Origin: Felis catus
Taxonomy: Eukaryota
NCBI RefSeq assembly: GCF_018350175.1
Contig: NC_058368.1
Coordinates: forward strand, 53,322,001-53,386,000
Reading direction: 5' to 3'
Length of the DNA: 64,000 nt
Part shown: positions 63,480-64,000 of the stretch, piece after piece
Position numbering within the stretch: position 1 is the stretch's first letter
Layout of the letters: each line of letters begins with the position of its first letter
Translations under genes and position numbers: made by a program
Notes under the pieces: generated by a model
What the model was told of the DNA's origin: nothing
Databases searched by the model: none
What the model saw: the letters and a program-made list of their open reading frames with translations, nothing else

Positions 63480-64000
63480 TTCTGTATAGTGTACATAACT
63501 CCTCCTTGGGTTCTTCCAGTTCTCTCTCCTAGCTGATGGATATAATCTTATCACTCTCAGTGTTGCCTTTGGGCTCTTGTTTAAAAACTCAGCCTGCATT
63601 TGGACTTCACAAAAATAGCCTACATTTTCTATTTCCTTTATTGTTCATTACTCTCCAGAGAATCACATTTAGATTGTTATTCTCTCTGGAATATATTCCT
63701 TTATTTGGTGTAAGGTGGGGATCTAGCTTATTTTTCTCCAGATGGCAAGCCAATTTTTCTCTGTAATTATACACAATAGTCTGTCCCTTCCTCATTTATT
63801 TTTGATGCCACTTTTATCATATATCATATTTCTATTTATATATGGTTCTGGTTCTGAACTTAGTTGGTCTCTTTGTCTATGACTACACCAGTGCTATGTT
63901 GTTTATATTTACCATCATCTTACAGACCATCTTAACAGAGCAAATCCCTCCTTTTTGCTCTTTTTTCCCCTGAAATTTTACTTAGCTAAACATAAACCTT
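63480..64000 (-). mobile_element. Old L1 ORF2 fragment
   Basis: ORF 63607..63795 KNKLDPHLTP resembles the L1 ORF2 C-terminal region. Confidence 0.65.

Overview
This is mammalian genomic DNA from a felid, most likely domestic cat, judged from the many SINEC_Fc-type CAN-SINEs. It holds the 5' three-quarters of the RNA-binding protein gene RBM26 on the minus strand. Sixteen coding exons (59234 down to 1158) splice in one continuous frame of 753 codons, all with GT-AG boundaries. They cover the PWI-like N-terminus, RS/RD-rich region, CCCH zinc finger, Pro-rich region, RRM1 and the start of a coiled coil; the gene continues past the left edge. A CpG-island promoter at about 59.0-60.05 kb carries a YY1-like motif, TCTCGCGAGA (BANP/ZBTB33-type) motifs and signs of divergent transcription. 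The introns are mostly transposon-derived: about 35 CAN-SINEs, a decayed near-full-length L1 antisense in intron 1, LTRs, DNA transposons, MIR and L2. Almost all ORFs in the supplied track are repeat-derived or incidental. I found no convincing novel biological system. The best leads are splicing-level features of RBM26 (tandem in-frame acceptors, a possible recursive splice site, candidate poison exons), promoter and 5'UTR architecture, and a few unusual retrotransposition or repair scars. Repeat family names are from memory of consensus sequences and repeat boundaries are approximate.
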